This document shows positions 1 through 11,902 of a DNA stretch of 64,000 nt, piece after piece. Source of the stretch: Octopus bimaculoides. Lineage: Eukaryota. Location of the stretch: contig NC_069004.1 of assembly GCF_001194135.2 (NCBI RefSeq), forward strand, positions 25,836,600 to 25,900,599, read 5' to 3'. Below the pieces are notes generated by a model. That model saw nothing but the letters and a program-made list of their open reading frames with translations. It ran no database searches and was not told where the DNA came from. A program made the position numbers and the translations under genes. Position 1 is the first letter of the stretch; every line of letters begins with the position of its first letter.

Positions 1-879
1 GACATTTACTTATGGAATACTGCAAAGATTAAAATGCTATCTATTAATTATAAGCCAAGAATCAGAAAAAATAAAGATGTGTACAGATACACACATATTT
101 ATATGGATCTAGTATAACCATCTTGCATAGACCTAAGTAGCTGAAAAAACTATTTAACAACAGTAACTTATAAGAGGTTAATAGGTAAGGATATCAAAAT
201 AACAATTTATAGAAAATATTAAATACATATAACCTACATTTAAAGAGACAGGGTATTAAAATTTGAGGTAGGGAAGAAATAAAAGTACCTGAAAAGAGGA
301 GATGGGTATGGGCGTAGTGAGAGCTGTTAAATAAAATACGGAAAGTGCAGCCTTATATGATATGGGTGTGAGCTGTGCTCTATGAAAACTTATGTGACTT
401 TTAAGTACAGGGACAAGAACAACCTGATGAATAATAGATTAGATCTAAGGGTATCATGTGTGCATAGCGTCACCCGTACGTTTAAGTATTTTTGAAATTA
501 TCAATTATAGGTGCCATACAATAACACGAATTTCTTTCATCTTCTTGCTCTGTTAAAGTATTTGAGAAAAATTATATTAATGTGTCCAACTGGTTAAAAT
601 TCTATTCATTTATGCAGCTGAGGATAGCCCTGCATTTAAATTGATGTAATGAGTGCATTGTTCAATTAAATGGAGCCACTTGAAATGGTCATACTGCATC
701 ACTTGATATCCTGTTGCTTATTTTGATTATATATATATATATATATAGGGGGAAGGGCCTGCCCCACCACCACTGATTGACAACCAGTGTCGGTGTGTTT
801 ATGTTCCCATAACTTAGCAATTCATCAAAAGAGACTGATAGAATAAGTACTAGACTTACAAAAGATTATTTTGTCAAAT

Positions 880-1210
880 GTATTGCTTATTTACTCTCAT
901 TGTTTTATTTCATAGCTTCAAGATTTTGATGGTGTGATCATTTATTCTTAGAATGACATTGTAGGGTAAGAGTGAGATGTTGGATCTGGCCAGTTTGAAC
1001 AGAAAAGAGGTAGAATATTTTGGCCAGATACGGCCAGTTTAAACCAGCCAAAACAGGCCCAAAATATTCTTTGTTTTATGTTCAAACCATCCAGATCTGG
1101 CCTTTCACCACTAACTTACACTCGTAAAAAATAATTACATAATTAAAATCCAAGCTATACAATAATGTAGATTAATTAAAAAAATGTGACTGAATAAACA
1201 CCATAGTTGA
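880..1210. mobile_element. Two family B MITEs fused in inverted orientation at TTTAAA (1038-1043)
   Basis: 985-1043 is the imperfect reverse complement of 1038-1100; both copies lack the terminal TIR at the junction. Confidence 0.75.
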
Positions 1211-1358
1211 AAGTGTAATGTGAATGCTCGAAGACTGATGCTTTTATAACAATTTTTAAAAATAAAAAATGCTGGTATAAACTTTATCAACCAAATTTTC
1301 CAGACGTGTATAAATACATGCGACTCAAGACAAAAATATCCAGGATAAGTTTAATTAT

Positions 1359-1364
1359 TTTATT
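1359..1364 (-). terminator. Candidate IDH2 polyadenylation signal (AATAAA), implying a 3'UTR of about 2.3 kb
   Basis: First AATAAA I spotted outside repeats downstream of the stop, followed about 25 nt later by a T/GT-rich tract on the minus strand. No transcript evidence. Confidence 0.3.
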
Positions 1365-2694
1365 AACCATTTTGTTGTGTGTTATTTCTTTCTGCGTTGT
1401 TTAAATATATATGTATACACAACCCGCTTTTCGTAATACAAGGAGGGGTCTATAATTGATAAGATGACAGGGAGGGAGAGATATTACAAACTAACGGAAG
1501 TCAAGTAAATGATCAAAACAAGTTAAATATTATACAGAGGTTCGTCATTGTATTAGAAGAAAATTGTATTACTTTTGACTAGGTATATACAGCCAATCGA
1601 CGTATGTCTCTACTACAACTTGACTACATCTGAGCCCTAGGGAATTCAATAATTTTTAACAGGCACAAAGATAAAATTGAGGGAGAGAGATGAGATAAAG
1701 AAACAGTTGATTAAATCAACCTCTGGGAATTTCGACTGGTGCTTGTTTTACAGAAATCAAAAGGGTTTCTAAAATAGGCACAAGGCCAGAAATTTTGGGA
1801 AGAAAGTCCAAGAAATCAACTCCAGTATTTGATGGGTACACCATATTATTGGCTCTGGGAGGAGGAAAAGCCAAGATGACCACCACAGGAATTGAACTTT
1901 GAACAAAGAGTTACAAAACCAGTAAACTGAGATAAATACAAAGAGAGCGAGAGAGAAAGCATATAACATCGACCATGTTATGCTGTATCCTCACTATAGC
2001 ATAAATAGCTTAAATTTCATCTCTGTTGGATTGCTGGCAGAATGATAATGAACACATGCAGCCAATTCTGTCCATTATTTTGCCAGCAATTGAGGTGTAT
2101 ATGCAACTATTTGTTTTTTCGCTCCAGAGCCCAGGTGGAGGGTAAAGTTAGCCACAGGGGACCAGGTCTGAGAGGGTTACATTCAAAATTTAATAATTTA
2201 GTATCCATTCAGTAGTAAATAGTTTCACTGACAATGGATTTTAGTTTTAAATTTTTTACAAGGAAATTTTTGATGTTTTAACAAGAGAATTGAAAAAGGG
2301 AGAATATGAGAGAGGTGAGAGGAGGAAACATAAGCGATATATGGCTTGGAATTTTTTTTTTTTGTTCTACAGATGTTACAAGACGGACAATACAATAAAC
2401 TACCCTCTATCTCAATACTCCCACAGAAACATTTCAACATCTTGCTGAAAGTTTGCCTTAAGACCCAAAAGCATTTCATGAACCCTGAAAGATGGATAAA
2501 GGAAAATAGGAAGAGGAGCAAGAATGGAATGGTGAAAGAGAGAGAGATAATGAGGACAGTAGAGGTGGGGTAGGAGATGAAAGGGAAAGTTAATACCAGC
2601 AGGATTTCATTTTAAAATGTAAGAGATTCAACTACATGCTGCAAAGTATTTAATTTCACACCGATTCTGTCACTCACTACCCCCTAATAACAAT

Positions 2695-3430
2695 GCTAAT
2701 ATCAGTTTCAAACTTTGGCACAAGGCCAGCAATTTCAGGGATGGGGTAAGTTGAATCAACCCCAGTGGTCTACTGGTATTTATTTTATCAACCTTGAAAG
2801 GATGAAAGATAAAGCTGACCTTGGCAGAATTTGAACTCAGAACAAAGAGACGAAATGGCACTAAGTATTTTGCTGGCGTGCTAATGATTCTGCCAACTTG
2901 TACCCTTAATAATAATTCTAATTTGGGCACAAGGCCAGAAATTCTGAGGTAAAGGGGTTTGTCAATTACATCAACCTTAGCAGAACAGGTACTTATTTTA
3001 TTGATTTCAAGAGGATAGAAAGGCAAAGCTGATCTCAGAATTTGAATTCAGAATCTGAAGAGCTGGACAAAATGCCACTGAGCATTTTATCTGATACACT
3101 GACAATTCTGCCAGCTTACAGCCTTGATAATCCTTTCTGCTAGAAGAACAAAGCATGGAATTAGAGACATGCTAAACATTGACCCAGAAAGGATGAAAGG
3201 CAATGCCCTTAATAAATTTCTTACATAGGCACAAGGATTGAAATGTTAAGAGGGAAAAGAAATAGCTAATTCCATCAACCTCAGTACTTGACTGGTACTT
3301 TATCAAACCAGGTGAGACGGAAAGCAAAGTTGACCATAGGTGAGTGTATTTGAACTCACAAACAGTAACGAGCCAGAACAAATACTGCAAGGCATTTTGT
3401 CAGGTGTTCTGATCCTGCCAGTCCATCCCC
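2695..3430 (-). mobile_element. Three tandem SINE family 1 copies. Similar clusters at about 8235-8610 and 20385-21270 (minus) and 38070-38400 (plus)
   Basis: Reverse complement of the 60439-60659 copy, heavily CpG-decayed. Confidence 0.8.
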
Positions 3431-3610
3431 ATCCCTGACCCCGCTGATAACAATAAGTGAAGAAAGGATAAAGAAAGAGAAAGAATGATCACGAACTAGC
3501 TTCCATCTACCCTCCGACTCCTTAACCACTAAACGTTTATCCTCCTTGTAATACTAAAAAAAGGGTTTGGCCTAAAAGATCGGATGAACATGTCTAAACA
3601 TCGGCATCCA

Positions 3611-3686
3611 TTACAAATGATTGTCGACTGTCTCTGCGATGGCTTCCAGGAAGTCCATTGTGATTAGGTAATGTTCAGGCTTGACA
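3611..3686 (-). CDS. IDH2: IDH2 exon 11 (coding part): VKPEHYLITMDFLEAIAETVDNHL-stop
   Basis: tctcttacag acceptor, TAA at 3613-3611; matches the IDH C-terminal helix pattern (Y/F)L.T.DFL..I. Confidence 0.93.
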
Positions 3687-5222
3687 CTGTAAGAGAAAGA
3701 AACAAGAATTAGGTCTTAATTGTACAAGTTTAACACACAAACATAAGCAGCAATTTCCCTCACAACCCTTCGGTTTCATAGAGACAGTCATCACCACCCA
3801 AGGTTATACATGACCATATCTGGTCATGAGGAAATATATTACCTTGCTTGGAAACAGGTAAAAGGCTGGAGACAGTAAGTGCATCCGGCTACAGAAAATC
3901 TGCCTCAATAAACTGACACAAGCACAGGAAATACATGTTAAAACAAGGATGATGATGTCCACAAAAAGGTAAAGTAAAAATCACATCACCACCGGGAAAA
4001 GTTTTGAGGTCAGTAAAGCAAGATAATAGAATGTGCGTCATTGTTGACAATATTGCTTCATCTTTCTGCAGTGAATAATCACATGACCACTTATTAACTG
4101 CCAAGTAACAAAGGCTCCTACATAAGGAGAAAAAGAGTGGGGGATGACAGACAAAGCAACTAGTTCACATTAGAATGTGACACCTATTTACAAAGTAACT
4201 GATCTCATACACAATGGTGGGGTGAGAGAGAGGATAGAAGACAACTATTTATTGACTAGAAAACTATAGAGGCAACAAGCTGCAAGCAAAAGCCCCTTAA
4301 GAAACCAATGAAGAAGCTTCTTTCTGTGTGATGGTGGTGGTGGTGGTTTTGATCCAAGTCAGCCCTGCTAGAGCAAACTTATGTTCAACAATATTCCAAA
4401 TGGTTACAGGGTTAAGAAGCTCATTTTGCAACCACATGGTCTCAGGTTCAATTCTACTGTCCAGCACCTTGGGCAAGTATCTGCTACAGCTCCAAGCAGA
4501 CCAATGCCATGTGAATGAATTTGGTAGATGGAAACTGTGCAGAAACCCATGTGTTTGGCTGTCAAACAGCAAGGTGGGACAAACATGAAGTTTTGATTAC
4601 AGCCCCGTAACTTAGCAGTTTGGTAAAAGTGATCAATAGAATAAATATTGGAGTTGATTTGCTCAACTAAAATCCTTCAAAGCAGTGCTCCAGCATGAAT
4701 GAACAAATAAAAGATAAAAGACCTACATAATACAGAAATTTGGTAGCTATTTCTTGCAAATTGAGAGACCATACAGAAGCCCTATCAGCAGCTTCTCTGT
4801 GAGACCTAACCTACTAAAATAGAAAAATCCTCTTCAAATTGCACCACCTTGAAAAGCAGGGACACAGCTGGATAATGTAGTTTTAAATACACAGTGCCTC
4901 AGAGAAGCAGATGACATCACCTTCACTGAGATACTTGTATTTTCTAGGTCAGCTCAAACAAGACTGAATTAGGTCAAAATAACAAGCTGTCAGTCTCTTT
5001 CTCTCACAAACACAATGAAGGCCCTAGAAAGGACATTTTCATAAAACTTGCTTAACACAACCTTACTGGAGGGTCATAGTGGTAGGTTGGCAAGACCCAC
5101 ACACCCCTCTAGTGTGTTATTTCTTTTCTGAGTCCTTTGGACGCTCACAATTGCTCAAGTAGGTGATTATAGTACACAAAAACATTTCTCCTCTATCTTA
5201 TATTTTTCATTTGATTTTCACT

Positions 5223-6134
5223 GTGCCAGGAAAGCCCACAAAATGGGGGATCAGTTTGGAAAATTTGTGAAGCAAATACTGGGTACTGCTGTGGATTTAG
5301 CTTTTATACAGGGAAAAAGAGACAATAATGTTAGTCAGCATGGCCTAGGGTACAATGTGGTCTGGAATTTATCACGTCCATACCATAACCAGGGCCGTAT
5401 ATTATTTTTTGACCGATTTTTTAGTTCGGTCAAACTTGCGGTGGATTTAGAAGCTGTGGAAACGTATACGTGTGCTACAATAATGGCTCAGTAGAAAAAG
5501 GGCTGCTGTTGGATATAAGAAAAAAAAGAGGTGAAATAATCCAACAGCAGAAACGAAATCTGCTAGCAACCGCATACAGAGATAAGAGGCAGATACATTT
5601 TCTATCTACCAGTGCACAACCATGTATAGATGAAAATGGCACTCCGTTTGTGAACCTTGATTATAACAGGTACATGGGTGGTGTGGATTGGCTGAACCAG
5701 ATAGGGAGTTATTATCCGGTTGGTAGACCAGGTAATAAATGGTGGCAATACCTGGTTTGGTATATAGTAAACATGAGCATTGTCAATGCATTTATATTAT
5801 ATACCAAATCAGGAGGGGTTTGCAAGCGGTGTGACCATCTGCGGTTCCGAGCAGATGTTGCAACGCAGTTGAGAGCAGGTTATTCCTCCAAAAAAAAATA
5901 ACTGCAGGAAGGAAAAGCAAAGCCTGCCAGAGAGATATCCCTCTGAGTTCAGCTGATCTACATAAATTAGAAAAAATTGGGGGTCGCAAAAGGCAGTGCC
6001 ATGAATGTCAAAATCAACAAAGGAAAACTCCCAGTGGACGGCCAGTTGAAACGTCTTTCCAATGTGCATTCTGTAAGGTTGAAGTATGTAGAGTGGGATG
6101 TTTCACAACTTTCCATGACAGAAATATTGTGTGA
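5223..6134 (+). pseudogene. Frameshifted piggyBac-family transposase (DDE_Tnp_1_7-like) with C-terminal Cys-rich domain
   Basis: Across frames: VPGKPTKWGI / VWKICEANTGYCCGFSFYTGK / GLGYNVVWNL..LFFDRFFSS / YNRYMGGVDWLNQ..KWW..VNAFILY / RKRQCHEC..FQCAFCKVEVCRVGCFTTFH, TGA at 6132-6134. At least 4 frameshifts; the 5' part is missing. Confidence 0.9.
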
Positions 6135-6747
6135 ATATTTTTTATATGTATGTATAATTAGATTGTATAAATATTTTTCAAATTTACTTAGTTTTACTTT
6201 ATATTTTAATTTACCTGTAAGGTGAGTGACAAGTTTTGATATAATTTCTATTGTAAATCTTTATTATATATTCTCCTGTGTATGAGTATATTTCATTTAG
6301 CTGTATTCAATTTTCTACTATTTCCAGTATTTCAGTTTATTTTACCTTTATGGTACACCTGTTCTTCTGTGCATTAAATTCAATTGATAATCTAGTGATG
6401 TGCACAAGTCTTCTATATCAAAATTGTTGCATACCCAATTGACTATTAGCTGATGACACATTTTCTATGGTAATGTTTAAATAAAATCAAAATTTAAATA
6501 TTTTTACATTTTGCTCAGTTTACCTGGATTTACCTGTAATAAGAGTCACTTTGAGACAAAAATTATGCAATAAAATTGATTAAGAACCCTTTCTTCAATT
6601 ATGTTCCAAATATCACATTAATATGTTGATAAATAAAAAAGTTACAGGTGTTCAATGAGACGAGTCTAAATTCATGATTATTTTAGAATTTAATTGAAAC
6701 TCATGAGGGGTGTATTTTGGTCAGAAATATAGTAACGAAAAGGTTAA
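5223..6747 (+). mobile_element. 5'-truncated piggyBac element in IDH2 intron 10, antisense to the host gene
   Basis: Right TIR AGTAACGAAAAGG at 6731-6743 followed by TTAA at 6744-6747. No convincing left TIR. Confidence 0.8.
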
Positions 6748-7400
6748 TAATTTCTACTACAGGTATAGGGCCTGAAATATTCTAGGGGAAAGGGCTTGTC
6801 AATTACATAGACTTTTGTGCACAACTGGTACTTCATTGATTCTGAAGGGACGAAAGGAAAAGTTGACCCAGGCAGAATTTGAACTTGGAACATAAAGACG
6901 AATGGAATGATTAAAAAAAAGTATACACAGTATACATAGTATATGACAGTAAGGTGGGGAAGAGGGTAATAGTGAAAAAAAATACATAAATAATGGCCAA
7001 CTATCACTAAGAATTGGGATTGTTAAAAGCAAAAGAGGAAAACATTTCTACGTTGGTAGGATTGAACAGTTTAACTGGATCTGCCGAGCTCCAAGGTTTT
7101 GTTGGGCTTTAATGTCAGCTTTCACAGTTTTTACACACTGGGTGCCCTTCCTAAATCCAACAACAACATGCATCAGGTTCATTTTTTGATGTCACTGGTA
7201 CTAGTGAAATTGCCTAATGAAAGGAAAAAATTCTCACTAATTAAATGGGAGGAATTTGAGAGGTGGGAGGTGGGTAGCTTTATACCAGATATTGAAGCTG
7301 AAGTGAAAGGGACAAGCACAAGTATCTGGCTATAGAGGAGCTACATGGCTAACTATTATATAGGGGCAGGTGGGGGTAGTTGAGGAAACAAAATACTTAC

Positions 7401-7493
7401 TTCTTAAGGCCATGAATACAGCCAGCCAAATCTTTGGTCATTTTTCCGGCATCAACAGTCTCAACACAGGCAGCTTCTAAGACATTAGCAAAC
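7401..7493 (-). CDS. IDH2: IDH2 exon 10: [30 protein letters not shown](N)
   Basis: catttttag acceptor, GTAAGT donor, 93 nt. Confidence 0.96.
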
Positions 7494-8047
7494 CTAAAAA
7501 TGGAAAACATTAAATAGAATTGGTGTCAGAATATGGGGGTGGCATCATCTGAAGGCTAAAATGATGTAAAAGTGCATTATGACTAGTATTATGTAATAAC
7601 ATCTGATTGCCTGGTCAGTCATGTGATTAGAATAAGCCATCCACAAACAAAATAATGGTTTCAAATTTTGCCATGAGGGCAGCCAATTTTTTGGGTGGGG
7701 AGTCGATTACATTGACTTCAGTGTTCAACAGGTACTTATTTTATTGACCCCAAAAGAATGAAAGGCAAAGGACATTGTAAGTGTAAGAAGCCACACCTGG
7801 CCAATTTGAACATAAAATTAGTAAAATATTTGGCACAGATACGGTCAGTATAAACATTCTAATCCATCTTTGACCACACTTCTAATGAAGGTGTTGGACT
7901 CAAGATCATAAAGGTCATGGGCTCAATTCCTGTAGTGGGCAGTTAATAGTCTTCACAAGGAAAGAATTGGTTGGAGTTTATCAAGATAGATTTTTCTGTA
8001 GCTAGATGCCTTTCCTGTTGCCAAGAGATGGGTTGGTACTGAACAAG

Positions 8048-8224
8048 TTAACCCATAAGTATTTAAAGCAGCCAAATCTGGCCTTTCATATCTATCCTAC
8101 AATGTCCGTATAAAAATAAACAATCATTGAAATCTCAATGCTACAAGATAATGTACAATTACTTGAAAACCATGTGAATAAATAAGAATTACATTGGACA
8201 GTAATTTGAATGCTAAAGGGTTAA
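8048..8224 (+). mobile_element. Family B MITE
   Basis: TTAA-CCCATAAGTATTT...AATGCTAAAGGG-TTAA. Confidence 0.85.
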
Positions 8225-8775
8225 AATAAAACCCAATATTCCTTTCTGTTACTATAGGCAGAAATGCTGAAACTTTGCAGAAGTAGGAGAGTCAATTACA
8301 TCAACCCCAGTGTGTAACTAGTTATTTAGAAGGTGAAGTCTGACAAAATGCTGCTAAGCAGTTTTGTTCAGCATGCTAATGATTCTGCCAGCCTGCTGCC
8401 TTAAAAATATAAATATTGGTTTCAAATTTTGGTACAAGGCCAGCAATTTCAGGGGAGAGGCTAAGTCAATTACATCAACCCCCAGATTGCAAATGGTACT
8501 TATTCTTATCAAGCCTGGCAGGATGAAAGGCAAAGTTGACTTTGGTGGACCTTGAACTCAGAACGTAAAGTAGATGATATGCTGCCAAGCATTTCCCCCA
8601 GATTGCCGCCTTAATATTACCATTTAAATGACTGCTTTCCATGCTGGCATGGGTTGGATGCTTTTAGCAGGAGCTGGCCAGTTCATTTTGGCATGGTTTC
8701 TATGGCTGGATGACCTTTCTAATAGCAACCACTGTTGTGTGTTACTGGCACTAAAATATTAAATGACAAACTCAC

Positions 8776-8873
8776 CTGATCAGATTTTGATTATTATCTA
8801 ACTTGCCTCGGTGCTCCAATCCACGAGTCCAAGCAAAAATGCTAGCAATAGGGTTGGTACTTGTTGGGTTACC
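8776..8873 (-). CDS. IDH2: IDH2 exon 9: [32 protein letters not shown](R)
   Basis: atttccag acceptor, GTGAGT donor, 98 nt. Confidence 0.97.
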
Positions 8874-9011
8874 CTGGAAATATTAAAAAAAAAAAAAGAA
8901 TATATAGGACCATGTACTGGAAGATTTTTGAATTTTATTTGGGCAGTGTAGTGACAGAAACATTAAACCTTTGCTAAGCATTTTCTCTGATGTATAAAGT
9001 CTGCTAGCTCA

Positions 9012-9212
<201 letters not shown>

Positions 9213-9605
9213 CTACATCACAAGTAAAATGAAAATGAGTGAAAGGATGAGGTGTTTAACAGTCTTTACTGGCAAACAGGAGAAAAAACTAGTGAAATAA
9301 GAGGTTTAAGCAGGATGAGAAACAGGAAGTCTTGAAACACCGACAAATAATGATGGAAAACAAAATCTTTATGGAATTCACTTTTCTAAATTTGATAAAA
9401 GAACTTCAAGTTACAAGTAAAAAAAAAAAAAGACATTTTGGTGGCATAAGTATTCATTCTTATACACTTTTGTCATCACATGCAAATAATCAACCAGCCT
9501 TTTGGCTTGTATCATTTACTATTTTACAATCAAAATGTACAGTCACTGAGCAAGAAATTTAACAACAGTCCCATCTGTTATTTTGACTATGTACCATTAC
9601 CTAAA

Positions 9606-9818
9606 TTAACCCATTTGATACTAACTCAGAGAATGCATTTAGTTCTATGATGCAAAATTCCTGCTTTAAAATGATTTACATAATCTTCCAAAATTTTATG
9701 TTACTTTGTTCCAAACATTAACACTGATAAAAATTATTTTACTAAATTTGTTATTTTAAAAATTAATCAAAACAAAGGGTAGTGTATGTTAGTAGGAATA
9801 TGCTAATAGAAGAGTTAA
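9606..9818. mobile_element. Degenerate piggyBac MITE, family A-like
   Basis: TTAA-CCCATTTGATACT...AGAAGAG-TTAA; internal similarity to 56598-56815. Confidence 0.65.
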
Positions 9819-9911
9819 TCTGAAATTCTTTTATTGGTTTGGATCACTGAACTGTGATAATCTGGGACAGAGTTTAGCTGATTTAAATTCAGCTCCAGTA
9901 TTTTTCCTTCT

Positions 9912-10121
9912 TTAACCCTTCAATGTTCAAATCATTCTGCCAAATGTAATATTTACTAACATTGCTTTGAATTAATTATACATTATCTCATAGCTTTGAA
10001 ATTTTGAAGATATTATTGTGTATATTTAGACTGATATTGTAGGAAAAGTGTTGAGAAGCCAAATCTAGCTGGTTTGAACATAAAACAGGTAGAATATTTC
10101 AGTTGGATATGACTGGTTTAA
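9912..10121 (-). mobile_element. Family B MITE, degenerate. Further partial copies at about 7780-7860, 12160-12360, 21360-21545 and 24670-24771
   Basis: Shared internal motifs CCAGATCT(GG), TTTGAACATAAAACAGGTAGAATATTT and ATGCATTAT. Confidence 0.75.
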
Positions 10122-10791
10122 CTTTTTTTAGTCAGGAGAGAAGGTAGCAGTTATTGATTCTTCACAGAACCTTCAAAACTTGAGGGAGGCTTCCAAAAAC
10201 TAGAAGTTTGGTCTGGATGTTAACAAGAGGTACACAAAGCACCAGATGGTGATGGTGGTCAATTGGGGAGTGAATTAAACCAGCTTCATTTATTGGCTTT
10301 AGAAAGAATGAAGACAAAAAGTTGACCAAGGTAACAAACTGATCTCAGAGCTGTGACTAAAACTGATGCTCAACCAAATTTGTCACCAAATACCTAAAAT
10401 ATTTAGCTCTATATCAAAACTTTTTGGATTCCCCCCTCCCATCATTTTAACATCTATTTTTCCCAGCAGTCACATGAAATTACGTTGAGAGATTACTCCA
10501 AGGCTGGATGCACTTCCTGTTGTCTCTCAGTTGAGGATTGTAAACAAAACACCATTTTGAATGAATATCATTGCTTAATACTTAACCACACAGCCATTGA
10601 ACTAGATAAATCTAAAATTAGCCCCGTCACCTTGCACAGATCCCTCATCTAAAATGTGTAGGTTCTTGCAACATCACACCCAATGGTTCCAGGTGCTTTG
10701 GGGGTCTTCTATCAGTTTTAAGTTGACCAATGTTAGTGCCAGTGAAATTTTGTAGACAGCCATCATTATCCCTTAATATCCATTTTCCATG

Positions 10792-10878
10792 CTGGCATTG
10801 GCTGGACAGTTTGACCAGGGCTGGCATTGGCTGGACAGTTTGACCAGGGCTGGCATTGGCTGGACAGTTTGACCAGGG
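10792..10878. repeat. 3 x 29-bp exact tandem repeat inside a family 4 SINE
   Basis: Unit CTGGCATTGGCTGGACAGTTTGACCAGGG at 10792, 10821 and 10850. Confidence 0.9.
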
Positions 10879-11256
10879 CTGGCAAGCTGGAGAGGTGCAC
10901 CAGGTTCTGTCGGATTTNNNNNNNNNNTGACCAGGGCTGGCAAGCTGGAGAGGTGCACCAGGTTCTGTCGGATTTGGCTTGGTTTCTGTGGTGGGATGCC
11001 ATTCCTAACGCCAAGCCTAGAGTTTATACACGTTTATATTACCAGAAAATAAAAAGCAACTTGCACATTCAAATAACAGTATGTCAAACTGAATTACTTC
11101 TTACAACATCGACTTCAAGTTTTGCATTCTATAAGAACAATGATATAAGTAGCAGACAAAGTACTAGGGCTGAGAAGTTGGTGCTCCAGCATGGCTACAG
11201 TTCAGTGAAAGGAGAGAGAGGCTTTACATACATAGATTCAAATATGAGCAACCTAC

Positions 11257-11408
11257 CTTGGGCAACAATATCAGATTGTACATCCCCATCATAGTTCTTG
11301 CAACTCCATACAAAACCACCACTTGATTTAAGTGCTTGGGCAACCATGTCATCAATGAGACGGTGCTCGTACCAAATTCCAAGGTCATCAAATTTCTTGG
11401 CATATTCA
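11257..11408 (-). CDS. IDH2: IDH2 exon 7: (A)[50 protein letters not shown]
   Basis: accatttcag acceptor, GTAGGT donor, 152 nt; metal-binding aspartates. Confidence 0.97.
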
Positions 11409-11765
11409 CTGAAATGGTAAAGCATTTATCATATAGACTTAATTATTAAAAAAACAAAAACAAAATCAATATCAAGGACATCTTAAACCAAATCCAGAGA
11501 AAGACCACTCAGTTGACAAGAATTTTCTCAAGCATATTCTATGGGCTTCCACAGTTTCCACCTACCAAATTTACTCAAAGCATTGGTTGGCCAGGAGCTA
11601 TATTATAAGACATTTAATCAAGGTGCTGTGCAACAGGATTGAACTCAAAATCATTTGGTTGGAAAGTAAGCTTCTTAAGAAGCTCGAGATCTTAGCTGTG
11701 TGTGTGCATGCAAGAGACAGTGACTGATCCAGTTGAAGAAGATGAGAAGAGAAACAAGAACTTAC

Positions 11766-11902
11766 GCTTGGTAGATTTCTTCAAAGATATCCTTGAAACG
11801 ACCATCATAGCGCTTGAGAATTGTGTTTTTGGTACTCATGTAAAGTGGCCATTTCTTCATCAGGGCATATTGGAATGAAGCATGGGCAAAGTCACGGATC
11901 GA
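11766..11902 (-). CDS. IDH2: IDH2 exon 6: [45 protein letters not shown]
   Basis: tttcctag acceptor, GTAAGT donor, 137 nt; catalytic Lys in STKNT. Confidence 0.96.

Noticed and set aside
180-260. DIKITIYRK as a Penelope RT motif
   Set aside because: A single short motif with no flanking support.
2346-2573. + strand ORF preceded by a strong-looking acceptor (T-run, GTTCTACAG)
   Set aside because: No recognisable protein in any frame, no partner exon, and it lies in the likely IDH2 3'UTR.
3611-3622. C-terminal NHL as a peroxisomal PTS1
   Set aside because: Not the canonical (S/A/C)(K/R/H)(L/M), and the protein has a clear mitochondrial presequence.
5051-5112. Possible left TIR of the piggyBac element (TTAACACAACCTTACT; ACACCCCTC matching the right subterminal region)
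   Set aside because: Only a 9-bp internal match and a poor terminal match; not convincing.
5243-5901. piggyBac ORFs as a domesticated gene or an IDH2-PGBD fusion exon (CSB-PGBD3 style)
   Set aside because: Antisense to IDH2, at least 4 frameshifts, and the N-terminal half with the first catalytic Asp is missing.
8776-8800. AAT (Asn) at the human Asp position in NQDL as an A-to-I recoding site
   Set aside because: The position is variable among IDHs, and the sequence alone gives no evidence of editing.
10645-11294. Repetitive ORFs, and the 29-bp array as a CRISPR or coding repeat
   Set aside because: No spacers, eukaryotic context; the ORFs result from the tandem repeat and the gap.
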